Assembly: GCA_045594005.1 (NCBI GenBank)
Contig: JAZNXT010000115.1
Coordinates: 1-59,899 of the forward strand
Direction of reading: 5' to 3'
Length of the DNA stretch: 59,899 nt
From: Victivallales bacterium
GTDB taxonomy: Bacteria; Verrucomicrobiota; Lentisphaeria; Victivallales; UBA1829
The notes beneath the pieces were generated by a model that did no database searches, was not told the origin of the DNA, and saw only the letters and a program-made list of their open reading frames with translations. Below, piece after piece: positions 37,154 through 46,396 of this stretch; within the stretch, counting starts at the first letter, position 1, and each line of letters begins with the position of its first letter. Position numbers and translations under genes: made by a program.

Positions 37154-37561
37154 ATGAGATTGAACAACACCATACAGCGGCGCACGATCCTTGCGGAACT
37201 GCAAAAGATCAACTGCCATCCCACGGCAGAGGAGCTTTTTCAGCTGGTGCATCTGCGTCTGCCCCGGATCAGTCTGGGGACGGTGTACCGGAATCTTGCC
37301 GTACTTGAAAAAGAAGGATTCGTCAGACGGATCGAGTGTTATGATCGCACGGTCCGTTATGATGCTCATACGGCGGAACACAGTCATTTGCGCTGTACGC
37401 ATTGCGGCAGAGTGGAAGATATTGTTCTGACGGACGATCAGAAAAACATGGTTCATTCTGTATTGCAGACTGTCCTTCAGGATCGAGTCCATGGTTTTTC
37501 TCTGGATTTTTCCGGCTTTTGCCGGGATTGTCAGGAACGCATCGGATCGGACTCTGTCTAA
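37154..37561 (+). CDS. perR: Fur family regulator, PerR-like
   Basis: HPTAEE, TVYRNL, RYD...HSHLRCTHC, CRDC; upstream of oxidative stress genes. Confidence 0.75.
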   Translation: MRLNNTIQRRTILAELQKINCHPTAEELFQLVHLRLPRISLGTVYRNLAVLEKEGFVRRIECYDRTVRYDAHTAEHSHLRCTHCGRVEDIVLTDDQKNMVHSVLQTVLQDRVHGFSLDFSGFCRDCQERIGSDSV

Positions 37562-37602
37562 ATGAAAAGAGGTCAACCCGAACAAGGAAAGGAGAAAAAA
37601 CG

Positions 37603-38049
37603 ATGATGAAAGAAACAAAGATCTGGAAATGCAAGGTGTGCGGAGCGGTCATGGAAACGGTATCCGGAGTATCCAACAAACCCACCTGCTGCGGTCAGGC
37701 GATGGAAGAAGTTTCTCCGTTGAAAAAAGATGGCGCAGCGGAAAAGCATCTGCCTGTGGCGGAAAAAGTGACCGGCGGTCTGAAAGTGTCGGTGGGATCT
37801 GTGCCGCATCCCATGACGGAGGAACATCACATCGTGTGGATCGAAGTGTTGTACGGTGACGGTCATGTATGCCGCCGTTATCTTCAGCCGGGCGAGGAGC
37901 CGGAAGCATGGTTCTGCCGCGAAAAAGGTGTGAAGATGCGGGAATTCTGCAATCTGCACGGATTGTGGGAAACGGATTGCGAAGCGGAAAAGACGGAAGA
38001 TTGTGATTGCGAGTGCAGTTATGAATGTAACTGTGCCTGCGATGTGTAA
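37603..38049 (+). CDS. dfx: desulfoferrodoxin (superoxide reductase) with Cys-rich tail
   Basis: CKVC..CCG desulforedoxin domain, EKHLP, HPMTEEHHI, CNLHGLW; AAGGAG RBS. Confidence 0.92.
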   Translation: MMKETKIWKCKVCGAVMETVSGVSNKPTCCGQAMEEVSPLKKDGAAEKHLPVAEKVTGGLKVSVGSVPHPMTEEHHIVWIEVLYGDGHVCRRYLQPGEEPEAWFCREKGVKMREFCNLHGLWETDCEAEKTEDCDCECSYECNCACDV

Positions 38050-38103
38050 AAAATATTTTAACGGGGTGATTTGAAATTACCTCCAACGAAAGGAAAAACA
38101 GAC

Positions 38104-38268
38104 ATGGACAAGTATGTGTGTGACATCTGCGGTTATGTGTACGATCCCGCAGTGGGCGATCCCGACAACGGCGTTCCCGCAGGGACCGCCTGGGAAGATG
38201 TGCCCGAAGATTGGGTCTGCCCGCTCTGCAGCGTCGGCAAAGACCAGTTCTCCAAATCGGAGGAATAA
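38104..38268 (+). CDS. rub: rubredoxin
   Basis: [12 protein letters not shown]...WVCPLC. Confidence 0.97.
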   Translation: MDKYVCDICGYVYDPAVGDPDNGVPAGTAWEDVPEDWVCPLCSVGKDQFSKSEE

Positions 38269-38308
38269 GCCGGACTGACGGCAGGCTCCGGCTTGCCCTG
38301 TCTGAAAA

Positions 38309-38341
38309 AACGGATGTGCGGAACAGTTCTGCACATCCGTT
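38309..38341. terminator. hairpin, probable terminator after rubredoxin
   Basis: AACGGATGTGCGGAAC/GTTCTGCACATCCGTT inverted repeat; weak T tail. Confidence 0.55.
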
Positions 38342-38386
38342 CTGTATATAAAAGGAAGAAAAATCGGAAAAAATTGCAGACCGGAC

Positions 38387-38414
38387 TTGTAAAAGCGGAG
38401 AAGTGCGTTATATT
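38387..38414 (+). promoter_or_regulatory. candidate rpsB promoter
   Basis: cTTGTAA-16nt-TATATT. Confidence 0.55.
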
Positions 38415-38432
38415 AAACGGCAATACAAGTGT

Positions 38433-38560
38433 ATGCGGGCGTGTTTGTAAGGCATGTCTTCCCGGATCAACCAACCACCGGGCGCATCACAACAACCAAA
38501 CAACAAAGGCGTCTTGACAGCGGTACAGCAAAACGGAAAAAAGCCGTTGTCCAAAGCGTC
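38433..38560 (+). ncRNA. structured rpsB 5' leader (candidate cis-regulatory RNA)
   Basis: ATGCG/CGCAT closing two hairpins, A/C-rich linker, GACAGCGGT/GCCGTTGTC stem. Confidence 0.45.
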
Positions 38561-38581
38561 GGAAAGAGAAAGGCGGATCGT

Positions 38582-39514
38582 ATGGCGATCACAGTTCAGG
38601 ACCTGCTGGAAGCAGGTTGCCACTTCGGGCATCAGACAAAACGTTGGAACCCCAAAATGAAAGAATTCGTCTTCGGCGCGAAGAACGGAATCTCTATCAT
38701 CGACCTCACAAAAACGATCCGTCAGATCGGCGATGCCTGCAACTTCCTGCAGCGCAAAGTGATGAACGGCTCCAAGATCCTGTTCGTCGGTACCAAGCGT
38801 CAGGCGCAGCAGATCGTGAAGGAAAGCGCAGATGCCACCGGCATGTTCTACATGGCAGAACGCTGGATGGGCGGTACGCTCACCAACAACGAAACCATCA
38901 AGAAATCCATTCGCAAAATGCGCGAAATCGATGAAATCGTTGAAGGCGGCAACAGCACCGGTCTCAAGAAAAAAGAAATCGCCATCATGCAGCGCAACGG
39001 CATGAAACTCCACAAGGATCTCGACGGTATCGCCGATATGAAGAACCTGCCGGATGTTGTCATCGTCATCGACGTCTGCCACGATGAAAACGCTGTCCGC
39101 GAAGCCAACAAACTGGGTATTCCGGTCATCGCTATCGTTGACACCAACAGCGACCCCTCTGCAATCGATTATCCCATCCCCGCCAACGATGATGCCGTGA
39201 AATCCATCAAGATCATCATGGATACTTTCGTTGCCGCGATCAAGGATGCTTCCGAACTCTACGGCGCAAAAGTCGCTGAAGAAAAAGCAAAAGAAGAAGA
39301 AGCCAAAGCCGAACGCGCAGAAAAAGCGAAAGCTGCTGCCGCTGACAAGGCAAAAGCTCCCAAAGGCGATCGCCCCTTCACCAAACGTCCTGCCCGCAAG
39401 GAAGGCGAAGGCGCAGCGAAGAAACCTGCCAGAAAGCCCGTTGTGAAAAAAGATCTTGCTGATCTGAAGAAATCCGATGTGGCTGCACCCGCAGAAGAAG
39501 CCAAAGCTGAATAA
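38582..39514 (+). CDS. rpsB: 30S ribosomal protein S2
   Basis: [49 protein letters not shown]. Confidence 0.98.
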   Translation: MAITVQDLLEAGCHFGHQTKRWNPKMKEFVFGAKNGISIIDLTKTIRQIGDACNFLQRKVMNGSKILFVGTKRQAQQIVKESADATGMFYMAERWMGGTLTNNETIKKSIRKMREIDEIVEGGNSTGLKKKEIAIMQRNGMKLHKDLDGIADMKNLPDVVIVIDVCHDENAVREANKLGIPVIAIVDTNSDPSAIDYPIPANDDAVKSIKIIMDTFVAAIKDASELYGAKVAEEKAKEEEAKAERAEKAKAAAADKAKAPKGDRPFTKRPARKEGEGAAKKPARKPVVKKDLADLKKSDVAAPAEEAKAE

Positions 39515-39545
39515 GAACATTTATTAAAAGAATTGGAGAAATAAA

Positions 39546-40355
39546 ATGGCTGCTATTACAGCACAACTCGTGAAAGAACTCCGCGATAAGACCGACGCCG
39601 GTATGGGCGAATGCAAAAAGGCTCTCGTGGAATGTGACGGTAATCTGGAAGCCGCTGTTGACTACCTGCGTAAAGCCGGTATCGCCAAAGCGGAAAACCG
39701 TGCAGACAAAGCCACCAAAGAAGGTAAGATCTACGTTGCCATCGACGGCGGCAATGCTGTCATGCTGGAAATCCTCTGCGAAACTGACTTCGTTGCCAAC
39801 AACGATAAATTCATCGAATACGTGGAAAAAGCCGGGAAGAACATCCTTGCCAACACCACCGGCAACGGCGATGTGACTGCCAAAGCGCAGGAACTGGAAG
39901 CTGAAGAACTTTCCGCTCTCTTCACCAAATTCGGTGAAAAAATGGTTCTCCGCCGCGTTCTCCGTTACGAAACGGCTGGCGGCGTTGCCTCCTACATCCA
40001 CGGCGGCGGCAAAGTCGGCGTGATGGTGGAAGCTGAAGGCGAATACGATGCTGAAACGCTGAAGAATGTCTGTCTGCACATTGCAGCTTACAGCCCGCTC
40101 TACGTTCAGGCAAGCGAAGTTCCCGAAAGTGCCATCGAACACGAAAAAGAAATCGGTCGCGCACAGCTGCTGGAACAGGGCAAGAAACCCGAAATGATCG
40201 AAAAGATCCTCGGCGGCAAGATCAACAAGTGGTTCACGGATATCTGCCTTGTGGATCAGCCCTGGATCCATGATGACAAATCCTGCCTGAAAAAACTCTT
40301 CCCCAAAATGCAGATCAAGCGTTTTGCGCGTTGGGCAGTCGGTCAGGAAATCTGA
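39546..40355 (+). CDS. tsf: elongation factor Ts
   Basis: VKELRDKTDAGMGECKKAL, CETDFVA; follows rpsB. Confidence 0.98.
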   Translation: MAAITAQLVKELRDKTDAGMGECKKALVECDGNLEAAVDYLRKAGIAKAENRADKATKEGKIYVAIDGGNAVMLEILCETDFVANNDKFIEYVEKAGKNILANTTGNGDVTAKAQELEAEELSALFTKFGEKMVLRRVLRYETAGGVASYIHGGGKVGVMVEAEGEYDAETLKNVCLHIAAYSPLYVQASEVPESAIEHEKEIGRAQLLEQGKKPEMIEKILGGKINKWFTDICLVDQPWIHDDKSCLKKLFPKMQIKRFARWAVGQEI

Positions 40356-40380
40356 ATCAGTTGATTCGGTACTGAATTTC

Positions 40381-40417
40381 AAAACGGCGGTTTCTTTACG
40401 GGATCGCCGTTTTTTTT
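40381..40417 (+). terminator. intrinsic terminator after tsf
   Basis: AAAACGGCGGT..GATCGCCGTTTTTTTT. Confidence 0.85.
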
Positions 40418-40445
40418 ACACTTTGATCAAAAGGATATCCGGAGT

Positions 40446-41684
40446 ATGTTCAGGGGATCGGCAGCCCGGTTTGTTTCTGCGGTCCGCAGTGACAAAGGGA
40501 TCGCGCTTGCGGCGGCGTGGAGTTTCAACCAGCTTGCCTATGCGATCGTATATCCTTTTATCCCGATCTATCTCTGTCAGGAACGGGGTCTGCCGTATGC
40601 CACGGCAAGTATTATTTTCCCGTTGCTGGGACTGGCAACAGTTCTCGCTCCGGTCCCGTGCGGCTGGCTGACGGATCGTTTCGGTTATACCCGGATGATG
40701 CTTGCGGGGCAGTTTTTCCGCGGCATCATCTTTTTTCTGCTGGCATACATGGTTTATGCGGCAGCTCCATTCTGGCTTTTTGCGGCGGCTTTGATGCTGA
40801 ATACGGCTGTGGGAACGGCATTTCAGGTGAGTTCCGATTCTTATCTGGTTTACAATACACTGCCCGGCGACCGCCCGCTTTATTACAGCAAGATCCGGAT
40901 CGGTTTCAATGTGGGGTGGGCGATCGGACCGATGCTGGGGGCATTTTTTGCCAAGACTCCTTATTGGGCATTTTTTATCGGGACCGGGCTGCTGTGTATG
41001 CTGGGAACATACTATACTTATGCGGCGTGCTGCCGGAATGCGGTAAAACCGGTTGCGGTCAGACGGGAAAAACAGCAGCAGAGTAAATCCGGAGTTTTGC
41101 GGGATATTTTCTGCAACCGTTCCTTTTTGTTTCTGACTGCCGGAACATTGCTCCTGACTCTTTTATCTTCTCAACTTTATTCCACGATGTCTATTTTTGC
41201 GACAGCCACGGTTCAGATCAGCCGCAATGCGCTTGGCTCGATCTATTCTCTGAACGGATTTATGGTCCTGCTGCTGCAGCTGCCTGTGACGGCTCTTTTG
41301 AAACGCAGCAGACTGCCCTTGCATTTTCAGCTTGCAGGCGGGGCGTTGCTTTATGTTTCCGGCTATCTGCTGCTGGGAATGGCTGGCGGAGCGTTCAGTA
41401 TGGCTTTGGCTGTTGCAGTCGTCACATTCGGAGAATTGACTGTTCAGCCGGGACTTTCGGCGGCTGTTACCCGGGAGGTGACACCGGAGAATTCCGGGAA
41501 AATGATGTCGGTCTTCTCTCTGATGCGTGGGATCGGCAGTTCCGCCGGACCCTGGCTGGGGGGACAGCTTTACGCTGTTTGTGTACCGGCTCTTCTCTGG
41601 ACGATCCTGTCCTCTTTTGCTGTGGGGGCATCGCTGCTTTTTGCGTTGTCCGGCAAAAAATGCGGTCAGCGGCAGACTCCGTAA
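40446..41684 (+). CDS. MFS transporter
   Basis: GWLTDRFGYT motif A, NVGWAIGPMLG, about 12 TMs. Confidence 0.9.
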   Translation: MFRGSAARFVSAVRSDKGIALAAAWSFNQLAYAIVYPFIPIYLCQERGLPYATASIIFPLLGLATVLAPVPCGWLTDRFGYTRMMLAGQFFRGIIFFLLAYMVYAAAPFWLFAAALMLNTAVGTAFQVSSDSYLVYNTLPGDRPLYYSKIRIGFNVGWAIGPMLGAFFAKTPYWAFFIGTGLLCMLGTYYTYAACCRNAVKPVAVRREKQQQSKSGVLRDIFCNRSFLFLTAGTLLLTLLSSQLYSTMSIFATATVQISRNALGSIYSLNGFMVLLLQLPVTALLKRSRLPLHFQLAGGALLYVSGYLLLGMAGGAFSMALAVAVVTFGELTVQPGLSAAVTREVTPENSGKMMSVFSLMRGIGSSAGPWLGGQLYAVCVPALLWTILSSFAVGASLLFALSGKKCGQRQTP

Positions 41685-41698
41685 ATGCGGACCGGATT

Positions 41699-42325
41699 TT
41701 ATTTTTCTACGGTCTTGACTTCTTTCCGGATCATCCACTTGCCGTTCTGCTTGATCAGAGAAGTGGTGTTTTTCAATTTTTCCTGTTTCTTCATCACCGT
41801 ATAGACGGCGGTGGCGTTATTGCCTTCGATCGTGACAGAAACAAACTGCATACTGCTGCAAAACTTTTTCGCTTCCGCGGTCATTTCATCAAGCTGTGAA
41901 AAAGCCTTGTTCAAATCTTTTTTGATTTTTGCGACCATTGTTTTCTGCTGTTCGGCAGAGAGTCTTTTCAGTGCTTCTTTGTCTTGTGCGGAAGTTTTGT
42001 GTCCGCTGATTTTTTCAAACATTTCCATCAATGTGAGCAGATCATCGGTGGCTTCCAGCTGTTTTTTCATTGCCAGAAAGGGTTTGATAAATTTGTCGTA
42101 CTGCATGCCTTCTGCGGCGATTTCTTTATAGAATTTTGTTGTTCCGTCTGCATCGATCACCTGATAATCTCTGGTCAGATGCGATAACGCGCCTGCGAAG
42201 TCGAGAGTTGCGCACTTATTCATCATATCCGTAATTACGGCTTTGACGGCATCTTCGTTGGCGGAAAGTGCGCTTGAGACAAGGAGTGCCGCTGCGGTGA
42301 TCAACATGGTAAAAAACTTTTTCAT
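41699..42325 (-). CDS. exported NTF2/SnoaL-like protein with helical insertion
   Basis: Signal peptide MKKFFTML..SALSA; SHLTRDY..IDADG; VTIEGNNATA..KQNGKWMI. Confidence 0.6.
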   Translation of the reverse strand: MKKFFTMLITAAALLVSSALSANEDAVKAVITDMMNKCATLDFAGALSHLTRDYQVIDADGTTKFYKEIAAEGMQYDKFIKPFLAMKKQLEATDDLLTLMEMFEKISGHKTSAQDKEALKRLSAEQQKTMVAKIKKDLNKAFSQLDEMTAEAKKFCSSMQFVSVTIEGNNATAVYTVMKKQEKLKNTTSLIKQNGKWMIRKEVKTVEK

Positions 42326-42344
42326 GGGAGAGACCTTTCTATGT

Positions 42345-43127
42345 TTATTGGTATGTGACATCGGGGTTATCCAGGGAGTCTTCTTTCATCATGGAAACAT
42401 TGGCGGGACGCGGTCCGAAAGGATACTGGTTGTTGCTTGGTTTTGTCCAGGATCCCCCATCCAGATCGTGACCGTTGTTTTTCACTTTTATATGATCTTT
42501 CAGGCGTACAAAGCCCACATGTCCATCCAGATATGCGGCATTGACCGTCCGTTCGTGGCGGAAGGGGATATTACCCAGATCGGAGGCCTTTCCCGGTTTC
42601 GCCGCCGGATAAAATGCGCCGGAGATCTCCGATTGAGTCGTTGCCTGATAATCGGTCCAGATGATAGACCGTGTGGGTTGTGTCATGCGGGCATCCCCCA
42701 ACATTGCCATATCCACCACAGCTCCTGTGGAGCGTCCGCTTTTGGAATTGGAAAGGGTATTTCCGCTGCCGCCGATGGAAACTTTTACGGAAATATCACC
42801 CTGTCTGCAGTTGCCGAGTCTCCCCAGTTCTTCGGTACTTTTATCACCGGGACAGCGGGTGATATCTTCAGCGAAGACTTTGGATCCGAACATCTTAACA
42901 AATCCGGCTTCCGGCTGGAGATAGGTTTGGATATCAGGAAGAAAACCATTCCAGTTGCTTGCATAAGTCAGAGAAGCAAATGCGTATTGGCGCATCATAT
43001 TTTTGCAGGATGTGGATTCCCCCTTGGAACGCATGGACGAGATCACCGGAAAAAAGATCGTTGCCAGAACCGATATGATCCCGATAACGACCAGTAATTC
43101 GATCAGAGTAAATCTTTTTACAGTCAT
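42345..43127 (-). CDS. prepilin-type N-terminal cleavage/methylation protein with H-X9-DG motif
   Basis: RFTLIELLVVIGII, C..M.Q, CPGD, RHERTVNAAYLDGHV; GGAGG RBS. Confidence 0.9.
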   Translation of the reverse strand: MTVKRFTLIELLVVIGIISVLATIFFPVISSMRSKGESTSCKNMMRQYAFASLTYASNWNGFLPDIQTYLQPEAGFVKMFGSKVFAEDITRCPGDKSTEELGRLGNCRQGDISVKVSIGGSGNTLSNSKSGRSTGAVVDMAMLGDARMTQPTRSIIWTDYQATTQSEISGAFYPAAKPGKASDLGNIPFRHERTVNAAYLDGHVGFVRLKDHIKVKNNGHDLDGGSWTKPSNNQYPFGPRPANVSMMKEDSLDNPDVTYQ

Positions 43128-43183
43128 TTTTATGCCTCCGGATATCAGACGGTGGGGCTGCGCTGTATCCTTTTCTATAGTGT

Positions 43184-43211
43184 AATATAGCACTGAAAAG
43201 GCATTTTTCAA
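43184..43211 (-). promoter_or_regulatory. candidate promoter of prepilin-like gene
   Basis: TTGAAA-16nt-TATATT with TGn extension. Confidence 0.55.
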
Positions 43212-43215
43212 ATAT

Positions 43216-44757
43216 TCAGGCGGTCTTTTTTGCCGGAACAGTTCTTGTCAGCCAGTTGGAATTATGAATGGTCACGAGGGCATAAAAGGAGATCCAGCTC
43301 AAAGCCAGACTGGTAAAAAGACCGAAGACGCAACACCAGATCATCATGGGGAAGGAGCGTGCTTTTCCGTAGAAGAAACAGGGGATCAGATTCCACAGGA
43401 TGCAGCTGAGGAAGAAATAGGAAAGTGACGGCAGAAAATGCGGCGCGGCAAAAACAGTGATGATACTGATCGGCAGAAAAACGACCGGCAGCAGCAGATT
43501 CAGCCCCAACAGCAGCCAGTGCAGAAAAAGGAAGACCGTTCTCCAGGAAAGTTCCTTCAAGCCGTCCAGTACGAAGACGGTCATCACGATATTTTCCCGG
43601 AAATCGCTCCGTGTCCAGCGCAGCAGCATTTTGCAGAGCCGTTCATAATTTTCAGGCAGAGTCGTTTCTGCGATCGCGTCACGCTGATTGACAATATGGT
43701 ATCCGGACCGCAGGATCAAAGTGGCGATGGCTCTGTCTTCTCCGATTTTTGCCGGTCCCCCCATAAAAGTCTGGTTCAGCCATTCATCCAATCGGGGAAG
43801 CAGAACGCTTCTGCGGTATGCGGAAAGTGCGCCGGGCGTACAGAAAACGGTTCCGGTGACACTTTGTGCCGAGCGCATGAATTCGCAATTCAGCACCAGC
43901 AGGATATCCATGATGAGGGTATAGAAATTTTTGAAATCGTTTTTTGCCCGGAGATTGCCGGCTACCGCTCCGATCCGCGGATCGGCAAAGGCATCGATCA
44001 ATTTTTTAACGGCATCGGGATAGATCACAGAATCGCTGTCAACAGTGATGATATAATCAAATTTTGCCATCCGTATTCCGGCGGCGAGCGCGTGTTTTTT
44101 ACCGCAATTTTGCGGCAGATCGATGACGGTGATCCGGTTGCCGCAGGTGTTCGCCACCGAGTTGATCCAGTCGAGTGTATCATCTTTTGATCCGTCATTG
44201 ACGGCGATGATTTCCAGTTTTTCCGGCGGATAATCTGCGTTCAGAATACTTTGCAGTGTTTCCACCACATGATGCCCTTCATTGTATGCAGGCATGATCA
44301 CGGTGCAGCCGGGGATCTTGTTCAGCGGAAAACGGCGTTTCGGCGGATGATAGAAAAAGAACAGTACGATCAGAAAGACCACATGGATGATGGGGATCAA
44401 CGCAAAAATGATATAGAAATCGCTGAAAAACCAGGAGTCCGGACCGAAAAATTCTGCATCCGCCACCAGGGAGATCACTGCAAGCAGAACAGCAGAAAGA
44501 ATGGCGACCCACATTGATGCCAGAAACCATGTGTTCCGTAAAAATCCCGGACGCGCAAAACGCAAATGACGCCGCAATTTCATACGGCGGCGATGCCGTT
44601 TCAGGTGTAATGCTGCGCTGTGATATGTTTTTACCGCATATCCACGCAGACCGGAAAAATATTTTTCCGATTTGTTCTTCAAAAGGCTTGTTCCTTTTTT
44701 GGCAAGCTCTTTCACTTTTTGTACGGCAATCAGAAAATTGTTGTGCCATCGCGTCAT
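43216..44757 (-). CDS. processive GT2, hyaluronan/chitin synthase-like
   Basis: PAYNE, NDGSKD, GKKHAL, VDSDS, PGALSAYR, GEDR, LLRWTRS, WLTR; N- and C-terminal TMs. Confidence 0.8.
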   Translation of the reverse strand: MTRWHNNFLIAVQKVKELAKKGTSLLKNKSEKYFSGLRGYAVKTYHSAALHLKRHRRRMKLRRHLRFARPGFLRNTWFLASMWVAILSAVLLAVISLVADAEFFGPDSWFFSDFYIIFALIPIIHVVFLIVLFFFYHPPKRRFPLNKIPGCTVIMPAYNEGHHVVETLQSILNADYPPEKLEIIAVNDGSKDDTLDWINSVANTCGNRITVIDLPQNCGKKHALAAGIRMAKFDYIITVDSDSVIYPDAVKKLIDAFADPRIGAVAGNLRAKNDFKNFYTLIMDILLVLNCEFMRSAQSVTGTVFCTPGALSAYRRSVLLPRLDEWLNQTFMGGPAKIGEDRAIATLILRSGYHIVNQRDAIAETTLPENYERLCKMLLRWTRSDFRENIVMTVFVLDGLKELSWRTVFLFLHWLLLGLNLLLPVVFLPISIITVFAAPHFLPSLSYFFLSCILWNLIPCFFYGKARSFPMMIWCCVFGLFTSLALSWISFYALVTIHNSNWLTRTVPAKKTA

Positions 44758-44803
44758 GCTTTACCTCCCGGACTATGATTGGATTTTTCCGAAAAAACGG
44801 GAG

Positions 44804-44832
44804 AATATACATCGGTAAATAAGATTTGTCAA
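44804..44832 (-). promoter_or_regulatory. candidate promoter of synthase-like GT2
   Basis: cTTGACA-17nt-TATATT. Confidence 0.6.
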
Positions 44833-44951
44833 GCAGCAGAAATCAATATTACCAAAGTGTAAAAAAGACTGTTTCACAGTCGCAGTTCTCGCGTGAAAGT
44901 AAAAAAATGAAAGAAACAGATCAAAAAGTCTATCATCTTTCAGGAATGAGC

Positions 44952-44980
44952 TTGAAAAAAATGGGATCGTGCATTATATT
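44952..44980 (+). promoter_or_regulatory. candidate gltA promoter
   Basis: cTTGAAA-17nt-TATATT. Confidence 0.55.
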
Positions 44981-45033
44981 ACACTTTTCGGATACTTTTT
45001 GATCATTACTCAAAACACAACATGGTGACCCTT

Positions 45034-46305
45034 ATGGAAAAGAAAATCGACTTTGCGACTCTCAGCTTCGCCGGAAAAGACGTCAAACTGCCTGTCGTTA
45101 CCGGGACAGAAGGGGAAACAGCATTTGATATTTCAAATTTGCGGAAAGAAACCGGCTGCGTCACTCTTGATAAGAGCTTGATGAATACCGCAGTCTGTCT
45201 CAGCAGTATTACCTATATTGACGGTGAAAACGGTATTTTGCGTTACCGCGGGATCCCCATTGAACTGTTGGTGGAACGCTGTACTTTTATTGAGGTGGCG
45301 TATCTGCTGATCCACGGCAGCCTGCCCACGATCTCGGAAAAGAAAAACTTTTCACACCTGCTCAATGTCAATTCGCTGATGCACGAAGACTTGCGTCACT
45401 TTTTCGACCTTGCCCCCAGTGGAGCGCATCCCATGCACCTGCTTTCCACCATGATCAATGCGCTGGCGATCTTTTATCCCAATGTGGACCAGTTGTCTTT
45501 GAGTGAAGATATTGAACTTTCCACTGCGCGGTTGATGTCTGTGGTGCGTACCATGGCGGCGTTCTCCTACAAAAAGAGTATCGGGGAACCCATTGTGTAT
45601 CCGCGGCACGACTTCTCCTATTGTGCCAACTTCCTGAATATGATGTTTGATTCTCCGGTGGCTCCTTATGAAATCAATGAGGATGCTGTGCGTATCCTCA
45701 ATGCGCTGTTGATCCTGCATGCCGACCACGAGCAGAACTGCTCCACCACTACGGTGCGTACCATCGGCAGTGCGCAGGTGAATTTGTATGCCACGATCTC
45801 TGCGGGGATCTCCGCACTTTCCGGTCCGCTTCACGGCGGAGCGAATCAGGCTGTGGTGGAAATGTTCCGTCAGATCGAACAGATCGGGAGTATTGAAAAA
45901 TTCTTTGACATGGTGCGGGACAAGAACAGCCCGGTGAAACTGATGGGATTCGGGCATCGTGTTTACAAGACATTCGACCCCCGTGCGAAGATCATCAAGC
46001 GCAAATGCTACGAATTTCTGGAAAAAATGCATATTACCGATCCGTTGCTGGATATTGCGGTGCAGGTGGAAAAAGCGGCGTTGTCCGACAGTTACTTCAC
46101 GGAACGCAATCTTTATCCCAATGTTGACTTCTATTCCGGCATCATCTACCGTGCGCTGGGGATCCCGGAAAGTATGTTTACAGTGATGTTTGCTCTGGCG
46201 CGTCTGCCCGGCTGGATCGCTCACTGGCGGGAAATGATCGGTATGAACACCAAGATCATGCGTCCGCGTCAGATCTATATCGGGAAAACTCCGGCAGAAA
46301 TTTAA
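45034..46305 (+). CDS. gltA: citrate synthase (type II-like)
   Basis: SITYIDG..GILRYRG, LHADHEQNCST, GPLHGGAN, MGFGHRVYK, YPNVDFYSG; start may be 45022. Confidence 0.97.
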   Translation: MEKKIDFATLSFAGKDVKLPVVTGTEGETAFDISNLRKETGCVTLDKSLMNTAVCLSSITYIDGENGILRYRGIPIELLVERCTFIEVAYLLIHGSLPTISEKKNFSHLLNVNSLMHEDLRHFFDLAPSGAHPMHLLSTMINALAIFYPNVDQLSLSEDIELSTARLMSVVRTMAAFSYKKSIGEPIVYPRHDFSYCANFLNMMFDSPVAPYEINEDAVRILNALLILHADHEQNCSTTTVRTIGSAQVNLYATISAGISALSGPLHGGANQAVVEMFRQIEQIGSIEKFFDMVRDKNSPVKLMGFGHRVYKTFDPRAKIIKRKCYEFLEKMHITDPLLDIAVQVEKAALSDSYFTERNLYPNVDFYSGIIYRALGIPESMFTVMFALARLPGWIAHWREMIGMNTKIMRPRQIYIGKTPAEI

Positions 46306-46324
46306 GTTTTTTACAAAAAAACAC

Positions 46325-46352
46325 TTGATTCTTCAGCGGGAGCGGTTAAATT
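46325..46352 (+). promoter_or_regulatory. candidate promoter
   Basis: cTTGATT-16nt-TAAATT. Confidence 0.4.
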
Positions 46353-46396
46353 ACCCATAAAGATCAAGAGTTCAAAATATCAGAAAACTGGAGAAA

